From: an uncultured delta proteobacterium
GTDB taxonomy: Bacteria > Desulfobacterota > Binatia > UBA9968
Assembly (NCBI GenBank): GCA_963804165.1
Contig: CAWDPO010000033.1
Location: 43,846 to 107,845, forward strand
Reading direction: 5' to 3'
DNA: 64,000 nt
A program made the position numbers and the translations under genes. The notes under the pieces were generated by a model. That model ran no database searches, was not told where the DNA came from, and saw nothing but the letters and a program-made list of their open reading frames with translations. Each line of letters begins with the position of its first letter. Positions within the stretch are counted from its first letter, which is position 1. Shown here piece after piece: positions 30,926-40,276 of the stretch.

Positions 30926-32137
30926 ATGATTAAGCCGAGCGACCTTACCTGGGATCAGATCGTTCGAGTCGGAGCGGACACGCCGGGCGGGAACTATCTG
31001 CGGTGTTTTTGGTGGCCGGTGGCGCTGGCCGACGAAGTCAAAGATATACCGGTGCCGGTGAAAATCCTCGGCGAAGAGCTGGTGCTCTTCCGCGATCTCT
31101 CCGGCGAGCTGACGCTATTGGGAGCCTACTGCTCGCACCGCCGGGCGTCGCTCGAATACGGCATTATTCAGACCGAGGGGATTCGCTGTGCCTACCACGG
31201 CTGGTGCTATGACCGGCGCGGCCGGGTCGTCGACCGGCCCGCCGAGCCGATCAAGACCGCGCCCCACATTCAGCATCCGTGGTACCCGGCAAAGGAATTA
31301 GGCGGGTTTGTGTTCGCTTACATGGGAAAGGATAAAGAGAGCCCGCCGCCGCTGCCGCGATACGATGTGCTGGTTCAGGACGGCTATCGGGTCGTCGAGC
31401 GAGGCGACAGCGATACCGGCAAAGCCTACAACTGCAATTGGCTGCAGGGCGTGGAGAATACAACGGATACCACGCACCTGACTTATCTGCACAGAATTTA
31501 CGACAAGTGTCCGAGCTTTAAGGCGGTGGAAGGCGAATACGGTGTTAAATTGTATATTCTCGAGCCACGCGCAAAAGCCAATCACGTCGCGTTGAGAAAA
31601 AGAGGCACCGTGCTGCCGACCATTAACCGCAAGTCGCGCGAACTGCGTCCGAAAAATCCTGAGGAACCTCAAGTGACGCTCCAGCAGGCGATCTGGATCG
31701 TGCCCATCGACGATACGCACTGCGAGGAGATGCGCCTCACGGTTTATCCTGAAAAACCGAAGGAGCGCAGATATCACGGCGCCTTCGTGGATCAAGCCAA
31801 GGAGCGGGAGAGAAAACCGTACGACCGGCGCTTTTACGGCGAGATCAAGGGCATCGTTCCTCTGGAGGACAAAGCGATGGTGGAAAGCCAAGGACCGATC
31901 GTCGATCGCGCGCTGGAACATCCCGGCTACGGCGACAGGGCGATTCTGCTCTTACGAAAGATGATTCGCGACGGCATCGCCGAGGTCGCCAACGGCGGCG
32001 CGCCGAGAGGTGTGCTGAAAGAAGACCTGTCTATGGTCGATCTCGACATCGGTGTCGAAGAATATCCGGTGGGTCAAGTGCCTGAGCCAGCGAAAGGATT
32101 GATTGCCGAGCTACAGCAGCAGGCGGAGCACATATGA
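30926..32137 (+). CDS. Rieske oxygenase alpha subunit
   Basis: CSH...CAYH, ENTTDTTHLTYLH and EDKAMVESQG. Confidence 0.9.
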   Translation: MIKPSDLTWDQIVRVGADTPGGNYLRCFWWPVALADEVKDIPVPVKILGEELVLFRDLSGELTLLGAYCSHRRASLEYGIIQTEGIRCAYHGWCYDRRGRVVDRPAEPIKTAPHIQHPWYPAKELGGFVFAYMGKDKESPPPLPRYDVLVQDGYRVVERGDSDTGKAYNCNWLQGVENTTDTTHLTYLHRIYDKCPSFKAVEGEYGVKLYILEPRAKANHVALRKRGTVLPTINRKSRELRPKNPEEPQVTLQQAIWIVPIDDTHCEEMRLTVYPEKPKERRYHGAFVDQAKERERKPYDRRFYGEIKGIVPLEDKAMVESQGPIVDRALEHPGYGDRAILLLRKMIRDGIAEVANGGAPRGVLKEDLSMVDLDIGVEEYPVGQVPEPAKGLIAELQQQAEHI

Positions 32138-32298
32138 AAACTGAAAGCTGTTACTTCGATCGCATCGACCTCTGCGCGATATTAGTTTGGCTGCAATAGA
32201 TAGGATTCAGTTCATTGTCAAAAACAAAGAGCATCCGTAATTTGGGTAAGAGTGAGGGTGCCATTCGAATCACCCCTCATCCTTATCTTCTCCCGCAA

Positions 32299-32469
32299 GA
32301 GGTTGTGTCGCAATGTCATTCTGAGGAGTGGAGCGACGAAGAATCTGCTTTTTGGTTTTGTAGTCTCGAAACGTCAACGCCGAATCGACACGAGTGCGGA
32401 AGAAAAGCAGATCCTTCGCCAAGGCTCAGGATGACACGGGCGCAATTTTTCGGATTGCAACACAGTCAC
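32299..32469. mobile_element. Putative MITE enclosing a REP family A doublet, inserted in a family C hairpin
   Basis: Ends gaggttgtgtcgcaa and ttgcaacacagtcac match 11/15 inverted, with caa on both flanks. Internal REP A arms at 32314-32346 and 32409-32436. Confidence 0.5.
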
Positions 32470-32560
32470 CAAGCGGTGAAGGAATCTCGGAAGGACGAAT
32501 CGGTTACGGCCAGCGACTTGTCGCTGATTCAACCGATGCAAGTCTATTGGGACCAAAACG

Positions 32561-33436
32561 ATGAAAACAAATAATTCGACAGCTCCTTTTGAGCGCCTCG
32601 GCTTTATCGGCTTGGGCAATATGGGCGGCGCCATCGCGCTGCGTCTTCTGCGCGCCGGTTATCCGCTGACGGTTCTCGATCTCGACGACGAAAAGATGCA
32701 GGCGCTGAAAAAAAATGGCGCCGGCGTCGCGGCGACGCCGAAGGAAATTGCCGAGCGATCGACGATGGTCCTGGCATCGCTCCAGCCGGGCGATGTGGAA
32801 AAGGTCACCTGCGGCGAAAACGGCATCGCCGAAGCGAACAATGAAAACTTGGTCTTCGTCGATCTGAGCAGCACGGCGCCGGAGCTGGCCGTCAAAGTAT
32901 CCGACGCCCTGCGCGCGCGCGGCGTCGAGATGCTCGATGCGCCGCTGAGCGGCGCGGATATCGGCGCCACCAACGGCAACCTGACGATTTTTGTCGGTGG
33001 CAGCTATGAGGCGTATCAACGTTGTCTGCCGGTGCTGCAACATGTTGGCCGCATGGTTACGTACTTGGGCAAGAACGGCAACGGGCAGATCGGCAAACAG
33101 ATCAATCAGGTGATGCAAGCTTTGTCAGAGTTGGCGATCTACGAAGGCCTGCTGTTGGCAAAAAAATCCGGCCTCGACTTGAAAATGTTTGCCCGCGCGG
33201 CCTCCGGCGGCTGCGCGCAGTCGTGGCGCTTGGACGAGCTGGTCGACAATGTCTTCAACAAGGGCGACAAGACTTATAAACTCGGCATGCGCCCGGGCCG
33301 TACCGGGCATGCGCTGAAGATGGCCGAGAAGCTCGGGCTAGATCTGGCGGGAGCGAAGGCCGCCGAGCAAATGTTTTCGCGCCAGGGTTGGCAGGTGGAA
33401 ATCGATTTTGAGCGCAATGACGTTCCGAACCCTTAG
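32561..33436 (+). CDS. NAD(P)-dependent beta-hydroxyacid dehydrogenase (3-hydroxyisobutyrate DH/GarR family)
   Basis: GFIGLGNMG, VDLSST.P, LDAPLSG and GNGQIGKQINQ. Confidence 0.88.
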   Translation: MKTNNSTAPFERLGFIGLGNMGGAIALRLLRAGYPLTVLDLDDEKMQALKKNGAGVAATPKEIAERSTMVLASLQPGDVEKVTCGENGIAEANNENLVFVDLSSTAPELAVKVSDALRARGVEMLDAPLSGADIGATNGNLTIFVGGSYEAYQRCLPVLQHVGRMVTYLGKNGNGQIGKQINQVMQALSELAIYEGLLLAKKSGLDLKMFARAASGGCAQSWRLDELVDNVFNKGDKTYKLGMRPGRTGHALKMAEKLGLDLAGAKAAEQMFSRQGWQVEIDFERNDVPNP

Positions 33437-33437
33437 T

Positions 33438-33642
33438 CTAGTGTGGCGTCTCAGAAGTTCGTTTAAAAAGTTCAAACGATGGCAGCCACTGAAGTTGAAC
33501 TCAAATCCCCCTTTGTCCCCTTTTTCAAAGGGGGAATTTTCTCCGTGCGATTCTCACCCCTCTTTGCCAAAGAGGGGAAGGGGAGATTTTCCGACGGAAT
33601 GAGGTGGGAATTATGTCGCGAACTTCTGAGACAGGACACTAG
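33438..33642. mobile_element. 205-bp MITE with CTAG-bounded terminal inverted repeats (IS630-like), enclosing a palindrome doublet
   Basis: ctagtgtggcgtctcagaagttcg and cgaacttctgagacaggacactag match 21/24 inverted. The internal doublet is aaatccccctttgtccccttttcaaaggggg...cccctctttgccaaagaggggaaggggagattt. Confidence 0.75.
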
Positions 33643-33772
33643 CAGGGTACTGAAAAAACGTCGGAATGCTTCGACACGCTCAGCATGAACGGAAAAACAT
33701 AACCATCTTAATGTGTCCGTTCGTCCTGAGCGACGTCGAAGGAGTTATAAAAGGTGTTTTAGCGACCTGCTA
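33640..33772. mobile_element. Putative MITE with IS5-like ends enclosing a CTTCGAC..CTCAG REP doublet
   Basis: tagcagggtactgaaa and ttttagcgacctgcta match 12/16 inverted. The internal doublet is cttcgacacgctcagcatgaacgg ... ccgttcgtcctgagcgacgtcgaagg. Confidence 0.55.
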
Positions 33773-33773
33773 A

Positions 33774-34949
33774 GTGAAATTGTCGATTCGTTCAGCAAAA
33801 ATGTTCCACGCAAAAAATTTGATCGCCGCGCTGATGTTGTTCTCGACATTGGCGATCCCCATTCCGCGCGCCGGCGTTGCGGCAGAGGTTAAGGTGTCAT
33901 GGCAGGAAGAGTGGGAAAAAACGGTCAAGGCGGCGGAGCAAGAAGGACAAGTCGTTTTGTATAGCCTTTCCGAAGTCGGCGACGCGATCGCTAATACCGG
34001 TTTTCAGAAAAAGTTTCCCAAGATCAAGATTTCCGTCGTGACCGCGCGCGGCGGCGAGCATGTTTCCCGGGTCATGGCCGAGCGCAGAGCGGGAAAATTT
34101 CTCGCCGACATCGGTAACCTAGGCAATACTTCGCCTTATACCCTGTATCAGAGCAAGACGCTCGATCCGATTGCGTCGGCTTTTATTCTACCCGAAGTCA
34201 AAGACGAGTCGAAGTGGTGGCAGGGCAAGCAGCAGTTCATCGATCCCGAGGGAAAGTTCATACTCGTCTATGTCGGCGCGCCGCTTTTCCTGGTGGGGTA
34301 CAACAGTAAGATCGTCGATCCCGGCGGATTCAAATCCTACTGGGACCTCCTCGATCCCAAGTGGAAGGGAAAGATCGTCGCGTTCGATCCTAAGGCGGGG
34401 GGATTCGCAGCGACCCGTGACCGCTTTTTTTATCACAACCCGGAGTTGGGGCCGGTCTTTCTGCGCCGGTTGTTCGGCGAAATGGCGCTGACACTGTATG
34501 CCCGTTATCCTCAAGGCGAAGACTGGCTTGCCGCGGGTAAGTATTCCATTTGCCTGTGCCGCCACCAGTCGATCAGCGAAGCGAAGACGCAAGGGCTTCC
34601 GGTCGATCTGATCGAGCCGTCGTCGTTTAAAGAAGGCGTCGGCGTCGAGACGCGCGCGAAGACTTTGGTGTTGATGAATCAGCCGCCGCATCCCAATGCC
34701 GCCAAAGTATTTCTCAACTGGTTTCTTTCGCGCGAGGGGCAAAGCGATTTTCAGAAGACTTCGGCCAAGTTTATCGACGCGGGCGCGGAAGGCTCGCTCA
34801 GAATGGATATTCCCAAGGACGATATCCCGCCGCGCAACCGGTTAAATCCCGGGGTGAAATACTTGCCGCAATGGAACGCCGATTACTTTGACATGAAGCC
34901 GATTTCCAAGTTAATCAGTGAAGCGCAAAGTGAAGCGGGGAAGAAGTGA
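33774..34949 (+). CDS. AfuA/FbpA-fold solute-binding protein, paralog 11 (CLC)
   Basis: WQEEWEKTVKAAEQEG, GNTSPY and PPHPNAAKVFLNWFLSREGQ. Start may be ATG 33801. Confidence 0.85.
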   Translation: MKLSIRSAKMFHAKNLIAALMLFSTLAIPIPRAGVAAEVKVSWQEEWEKTVKAAEQEGQVVLYSLSEVGDAIANTGFQKKFPKIKISVVTARGGEHVSRVMAERRAGKFLADIGNLGNTSPYTLYQSKTLDPIASAFILPEVKDESKWWQGKQQFIDPEGKFILVYVGAPLFLVGYNSKIVDPGGFKSYWDLLDPKWKGKIVAFDPKAGGFAATRDRFFYHNPELGPVFLRRLFGEMALTLYARYPQGEDWLAAGKYSICLCRHQSISEAKTQGLPVDLIEPSSFKEGVGVETRAKTLVLMNQPPHPNAAKVFLNWFLSREGQSDFQKTSAKFIDAGAEGSLRMDIPKDDIPPRNRLNPGVKYLPQWNADYFDMKPISKLISEAQSEAGKK

Positions 34950-35086
34950 ATAGTGAATAAGGGACTTTTAACCACGAGTGATTCATGACCTCACGCTCGC
35001 CCACAGAGAATGAAAATGGAGGGATGAGCTAGCCCGGGTTTGACGGACACCAAGAAAAGGGTCAAAAGCCCTGAAGGAGGTGTTCG

Positions 35087-35380
35087 ATGACGAAGCGCAA
35101 GGGATTTAGCGGCGAGTTCAAACGAGAAGCGGTGCGGTTATTAGAGACCTCGCAGAAGCCCCCGTCAGATCTCGCCCGCGAACTGGGAGTGCGGCGCAAT
35201 CAGCTCTACAAGTGGAAAGAGCAGATGAGTAAGCGTGGCGAAGGAGCTTTCCCTGGATCAGGACGAGGATCGGGCGGCAACGATGAGGTGGCTCGACTGC
35301 GCAAGGAGCTGGAGAGAGTCAAAGAGGAGCGCGACATCTTAAAAAAGGCAGCCGCGTACTTTGCCAAGGAGCTCAAGTGA
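35087..35380 (+). CDS. IS3 transposase OrfA (HTH)
   Basis: FSGEFKREAVRL...ARELGV...LYKW...ERDILKKAAAYF. The AAAAAAG slippery site at 35341-35347 allows -1 frameshift into OrfB. Confidence 0.93.
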   Translation: MTKRKGFSGEFKREAVRLLETSQKPPSDLARELGVRRNQLYKWKEQMSKRGEGAFPGSGRGSGGNDEVARLRKELERVKEERDILKKAAAYFAKELK

Positions 35381-36243
35381 AGTACGCGTTCGTGCGAGCT
35401 AACCGCCAAGAGTTTCACGTCACACGGATGTGCCAAGTGTTACAGGTCAGCCGCAGTGGGTATTACGACTGGCAGGTGCGTAAGGAGTGTGAGCGCAGCC
35501 GCCAGGATGGTGTTCTGCTCAAAAAGATCCGCAAGATCCACCTGGAGATGAAAGAGGCTTATGGTGCAACTAAGACGTGGCGGACCTTACAGCAGTCCGG
35601 GACGATCTGTGGAAAGCATCGCGTCGCCCGGCTCAGGCGAGCGGCAGGGATAGAGGCGCGGCGCAAACGCAAATTTAGACTGGCCTATCAGGCCCGTAAC
35701 ACGGCGCCTGTACCGCCCAATCTTTTACGCTGGCCTTTCACAGCCGCTTACCCCGATCAGATCTGGGTGACCGATGTAACCTTCATCCCAACGCGCTCGG
35801 GCTGGTTATACCTGGCCGTGATGATCGACCTGCATACCCGTTTAGTGGTGGGTTGGTCCATGAAGGATCGTCCAAACCAGGAGCTAGCCAATGAGGCACT
35901 GATGATGGCGGTGGAGCAACGCCGGCCCAAGCCAGGGCTCATTCATCACAGTGACCAGGGGATTTTGTACTCCAGTGGGAGTTATGTGGATCTGCTGAAA
36001 AAACACGGGATGCTGCGCAGCATGAGCGGCAAGGGCAACTGCTATGACAACGCGGTCGCTGAAAGCTTCTTCAGTTCACTAAAGAACGAGATCGTTCACC
36101 ACCGCGACTATCACACGCGGGATCAAGCTCGATCGGAAATCTTCGAGTACATCGAACTGTTTTACAATCGCAAACGAATTCATCAGTCATTGAATTATCA
36201 AACGCCGATGCAGTACGAGTCGGTCAAACTGTCTACTAATTAA
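35377..36243 (+). CDS. IS3 transposase OrfB (DDE integrase core)
   Basis: WVTDVTFI, HHSDQG, GNCYDNAVAESFFSSLK and YIELFYNRKRIH. Confidence 0.95.
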   Translation: MKYAFVRANRQEFHVTRMCQVLQVSRSGYYDWQVRKECERSRQDGVLLKKIRKIHLEMKEAYGATKTWRTLQQSGTICGKHRVARLRRAAGIEARRKRKFRLAYQARNTAPVPPNLLRWPFTAAYPDQIWVTDVTFIPTRSGWLYLAVMIDLHTRLVVGWSMKDRPNQELANEALMMAVEQRRPKPGLIHHSDQGILYSSGSYVDLLKKHGMLRSMSGKGNCYDNAVAESFFSSLKNEIVHHRDYHTRDQARSEIFEYIELFYNRKRIHQSLNYQTPMQYESVKLSTN

Positions 36244-36303
36244 CTGTCCGTTAAACCGGGGGCACCTCAGGATGTCCCTCCACGTGATGCTCTCTCTTCG
36301 ATC

Positions 36304-37417
36304 CGTCATTCCCGCGCACGCGGGAAGGTGGATTCACATTTCAAGTGCAACAGGTTGTGGCAGAAAACCTCTGCCGGGGTTTTGTAGTTGAGACACTTTC
36401 TCGGAGTGTGATTATAACAACGAACCAAACGAGCAAACGGTTATCGGATAATGTGGCCAAGTCAGTCTTCCTCGGCAGTCCTCGGCGCATTCGTCCGATG
36501 GCGTTTTCAATACCGCCTTTTTGCCACGGCGCATGAGGATCACAGAAAAACGTGCGCATCGAGAGTTTATGGAGTCGGTAGTGATAGGCGAACTCAGTGC
36601 CGTTATCGAAGGTGATCGTCCGACGTAAGAGCTTGGGTAAAGATCTGAACAGATCCGTGAGCTTTTTAGCCACCGGCTCGGCAGCCTTGCTGGGCTGTCG
36701 ACTGACCAGGAGCAAACGAGAGCGTCTTTCATGAGTGACCAAAACAGCCTGACCGTACTTGGCAAACAACATCAAGTCCGCTTCCCAATGCCCCGGTTGT
36801 CGGCGCTTATGGATGTAGGCCGGACGCTGATTGATCGGTACTCGGTCTGGATATGATCCACTGGGCTACCGCCTTTGTGCCCACGCCAACCCCGCTTGCT
36901 TTTTCCCCGGGGAAGGTAGTGGCGCCAACTATAGTCCTGAGTACGGCGAATCTGGGAGTCGATAAAGCGATAGATCGACTCATAGCTGATCACTGTAGCT
37001 CTTTGTTCCTTTTTCAGTCGTCCGGCGACTTGAGCCGGCGACCAACCCTGTCCCAGGCCTTGGAGCACCTCTTGCTGAAGATCAGGCTTACGCAGCAACC
37101 GGCTTCCCCGCCAACGCCGGCTTTTAGTCGCTGCTCGGCGTAGGCCGGCTGATAACCGACTTGAGTGCCGCTGTTGCGTTTAAGCTCACGCGCTATAGTC
37201 GATGGCGCGCGATCCATAGCTGTCGCGATTTGGCGGATTGTTTTCCCGGCTTGGCGATGCCGGGCAATCGTGCAACGTTGTTCCAATGAAAGCTGTTCAT
37301 AGTGCTGTCCCATCGCAACACCTTATACAAAAAGTGTTGCACTTCGTTTGTGAATTTAGGGAATCCAGGTTTGCTCCAGCCGAATTAGCCTGGCTACCCG
37401 CTTTCGCGGGTATGACG
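36304..37417. repeat. dRS3-like REP family B doublet interrupted by IS30
   Basis: Removing the IS rebuilds cgtcattcccgcgcacgcgggaatccagg. The partner arm cctggctacccgctttcgcgggtatgacg is at 37389-37417. Confidence 0.8.
36327..37360 (-). mobile_element. IS30-family insertion sequence; transposase 37313-36341 broken by several indels
   Basis: YEQLSLEQR, RAPSTIARELKRN, GWSPAQVAGRL, SYESIYRFI, TFDNGTEFA and CDPHAPWQKGGIEN. TIRs match 18/26; GAA (up to GGGAA) is duplicated at the flanks. Confidence 0.9.
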
Positions 37418-37581
37418 ACCCAGGCAGCCTCTATTCGTTCTCATTTTCGAACAGGTATTTTCAAAGGAGGTCACGAAAAACACGAACTTTGATTCGATAA
37501 GTGTCGAACCCCTTCGTGTCCTTCGCGCTCTTCGTGGTGAAGATGAAGTTCCTCGATTGAGATCTCATGGAGAAATGACCT

Positions 37582-38829
37582 ATGCTGAGCCGTGAAGAAA
37601 ACGAGCTGCTGACTAAAGTCGGGCGTGGCACGCCGATGGGCGAATTGCTGCGCCGCTACTGGTATCCGATCGCTGCGTGCTCTGAACTCATTGAGAAACC
37701 AACTAAGGGTGTGCGGGTGCTCGGCGAAGACTTGGTGCTCTATCGCGACAAGCAGGGGCGGCCGGGTCTCATCGGCTCGCAGTGCGCGCACCGGCGCATG
37801 GCGTTGGTTCTGGGGATTCCGGAAAAGGACGGCTTGCGCTGTCCCTACCATGGCTGGCTGTACGATCGAAACGGTAAATGCCTCGAACAGCCTTATGAAC
37901 AGGCCGAGGATCCCGAAAGTACGTTTAAGGATCGCATCCGCATGCCGGCGTATCCGGTCGAGGAGCTAGGCGGTCTGATTTTCGCCTACCTCGGCCCGCA
38001 GCCCGCGCCGCTATTGCCGCGCTGGGAATTGTTCGTGCGCGACGGTGTACTGCGTGATATCGGCGCGGCGGTGATCCCGTGTAATTGGCTGCAGATCATG
38101 GAGAACTCCCTCGACCCGGTGCATGTCGAATGGCTGCATCAGCATTTTTTCAACTACGTGCAAGAACGGCTCGGGCGCACGGATTTCAAAGGCGAGCCGG
38201 TGCGCCACAAAAAGATCAACTTCAGAGAGTTCGAGCATGGCATCATCAAGACTCGGATGCTGGAAGGCGAGAGCGAAGACAACGAAGACTGGCAGGTGGG
38301 GCACCCGGTGCTGTTTCCGAATATTCTCCTGAGCGGGAGCACGAGCCGACCGACTTTTCAGATCCGCGTGCCGCTCGATGACACGCACACGCTGCACCTC
38401 TGGTACACTTGCTATCCGCGCGGCGATGCCAAGGGGCCGCAGGAAGTGATTCCGTTTTACAACGTGCCGGTGCCGGGCGTCGACGCCGCCGGCGAGCCAC
38501 AGTGGTCGCTGCTCGACAACAACAGCGGCGAAGACATGATCGCGTGGATTACCCAGGGCGGAGTCGCGGATCGGACGCAAGAATCGCTGGGTCTTTCCGA
38601 CAAAGGCATCATTCTCTACCGTCGCCAGCTCAAGGAGCAGCTGGAAAAAGTTCAGGCCGGGCAAGACCCGATCAACGTTCTTCGCGATCCGGCAAACAAT
38701 GTGAATATCAAGGTCCGTCTTGAAGACAGCAAGCTCAACAGCGGCAGTTTTCGCTCCGGCCCGCGCCGCCAGGGCGGTGCAACGAAATATAGTCCGATTC
38801 TTAATGAAGAGGAGCGGACGAGAAAATGA
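37582..38829 (+). CDS. Rieske oxygenase alpha subunit
   Basis: CAH...CPYH, ENSLDPVHVEWLH and EDMIAWITQG. Confidence 0.92.
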   Translation: MLSREENELLTKVGRGTPMGELLRRYWYPIAACSELIEKPTKGVRVLGEDLVLYRDKQGRPGLIGSQCAHRRMALVLGIPEKDGLRCPYHGWLYDRNGKCLEQPYEQAEDPESTFKDRIRMPAYPVEELGGLIFAYLGPQPAPLLPRWELFVRDGVLRDIGAAVIPCNWLQIMENSLDPVHVEWLHQHFFNYVQERLGRTDFKGEPVRHKKINFREFEHGIIKTRMLEGESEDNEDWQVGHPVLFPNILLSGSTSRPTFQIRVPLDDTHTLHLWYTCYPRGDAKGPQEVIPFYNVPVPGVDAAGEPQWSLLDNNSGEDMIAWITQGGVADRTQESLGLSDKGIILYRRQLKEQLEKVQAGQDPINVLRDPANNVNIKVRLEDSKLNSGSFRSGPRRQGGATKYSPILNEEERTRK

Positions 38830-38983
38830 ACGTTCAAAACGTTCAGGCCGTTCAACCGCTCCGCGGAGCCTGTCCTGAGCAAAGCCGAAGGGTTCAAATC
38901 CCCTCCTTCGTCCTCCCCCGCGTCGCAGGGGAGGAAAGAGGTGGGGGCTTGAGCGATTTGAACGGCTTGAACTACTTGAACGG
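38829..38983. repeat. Composite repeat: inverted 9-mer arrays (CGTTCAARN) enclosing two REP-like units
   Basis: cgttcaaaa cgttcaggc cgttcaacc ... gagcctgtcctgagcaaagccgaagg ... cctcccccgcgtcgcaggggagg ... ttgagcga tttgaacgg cttgaacta cttgaacgg. Confidence 0.7.
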
Positions 38984-39008
38984 AATTGATGTCTGGAGGT
39001 AGCGACAG

Positions 39009-40185
39009 ATGGCTTTGGTTAAAATCGGCCTCGTCGGTCTCGGCACAGCGGGAAGATCGCTGCCGCAAGCGATCGCCAAGACGACGGGATTCTCCTTCGT
39101 CGCGGGAGCCGACCTTCGAGAAGAGGCGCGCGCGCAGTACCGCGCCGAGTTTGGCATTCAGACCTTCGACAGCGTCGAGTCGATGTGCGAGCTCAAAGAG
39201 CTGGACGCCGTCTACGTCGCCACGCCGAATCCCTATCACGCCGAACATGCCCTCACGGCCCTGGAACACGGCAAGCATGTGATGGCCGAGAAGCCGATGG
39301 CATTGACTCTGGAAGATTGCGACCGGATGATTGCAGCGGCGGAAAGAAATCACGTCAAGCTCATGGTCGCGCATACGCGCAGTTTCAATCCGCCGATCCG
39401 CAAGATGCGCGAGATTATCAGCAGTGGCAAGCTTGGGCGGGTAACCCAAGTTCATACGCTACGATATTCGCCCTGGCTGTTGCGGCCGCGCGAGCCGGTG
39501 GAAATTAATACTGAGTTCGGCGGCGGCGTTTGCTACCGTCAGGCGCCGCACCAGGTCGATATCGCTCGTCTATTGGGCGGCGGCATGGTGCGCAGCGTGC
39601 GCGCCCACGCGGGCCGCTGGTCGGCAGAAAATTCTACGGAAGGAAACTATTCCGCGCTCTTGGATTTCGACGGCGGTGTGACCGCAACTTTGATCTATGA
39701 CGGCTATGGCTATTTTGACGATCGCGAGTTGATTGAGGGCGACGTATTTGGCGGGGACGATCAACTTGGGCCCGGCCAGAGATTGAGAAAAGCACGCGCC
39801 GAAGGAAGGCTTAACAAAGATACCAGCCGCTCGGGCGTCAGCTTTTGACATCGAGCGCGGCGACGGCGATGGCGAGCAGGCAGGCCGCGCCAGCCGTTTT
39901 TCGGCATTACGCTTAGTCAGTTGCGAGCGCGGCGCGCTGCGGCAGTCTGCGGACGGGGTTTTCATTTACGACGAGCACGGCAGAACTGAAGTGCCATGTC
40001 CGGACTGGAGTGGTCCGCTCAAGGTGGAACTGGAAGATTTTTACCAAGCCGTGACCACTGGCGGGAGCGTCCCCCATGACGGGAAATGGGGCAAGGCGAC
40101 TCTGGAGGTTTGCCTGGCGATACTTCAGTCGAATGAGCACAAGCGCGAACAACTGGTCACCCATCAGGTGCCGAGCCCGTACTGA
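39009..40185 (+). CDS. Gfo/Idh/MocA oxidoreductase, OphB-like (frameshifts at about 39845-39915)
   Basis: IGLVGLG, VYVATPNPYH, EKPMA and GGGVCYRQAPHQVD. The C-terminal HDGKWGKATLEVCLAIL lies in a downstream frame. Confidence 0.83.
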
Positions 40186-40276
40186 CCGGTGGATCGTAAG
40201 ATCTGTTGCTGTTTTTTAGTCTTGAACTTCACACAGCGACGCGATAGAAACTCGCTGGCTTATAGAGGGATTCAAT

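Larger units (their letters stand above)
35025..36269 (+). mobile_element. IS3-family insertion sequence (1245 bp), apparently intact
   Basis: TG...CA ends. TIRs tgagctagcccgggtttgacggaca and tgtccgttaaaccgggggcacctca match 20/25. GGA target duplication at 35022-35024 and 36270-36272. Confidence 0.95.

Noticed and set aside
32215-32574. 119-aa ORF, and similar small ORFs at 33408-33688 and 3551-3799
   Set aside because: They are translations of REP/MITE sequence (CHSEE.SDEES, NPPLSPFSKG, CHPERQRRIS), not credible genes.
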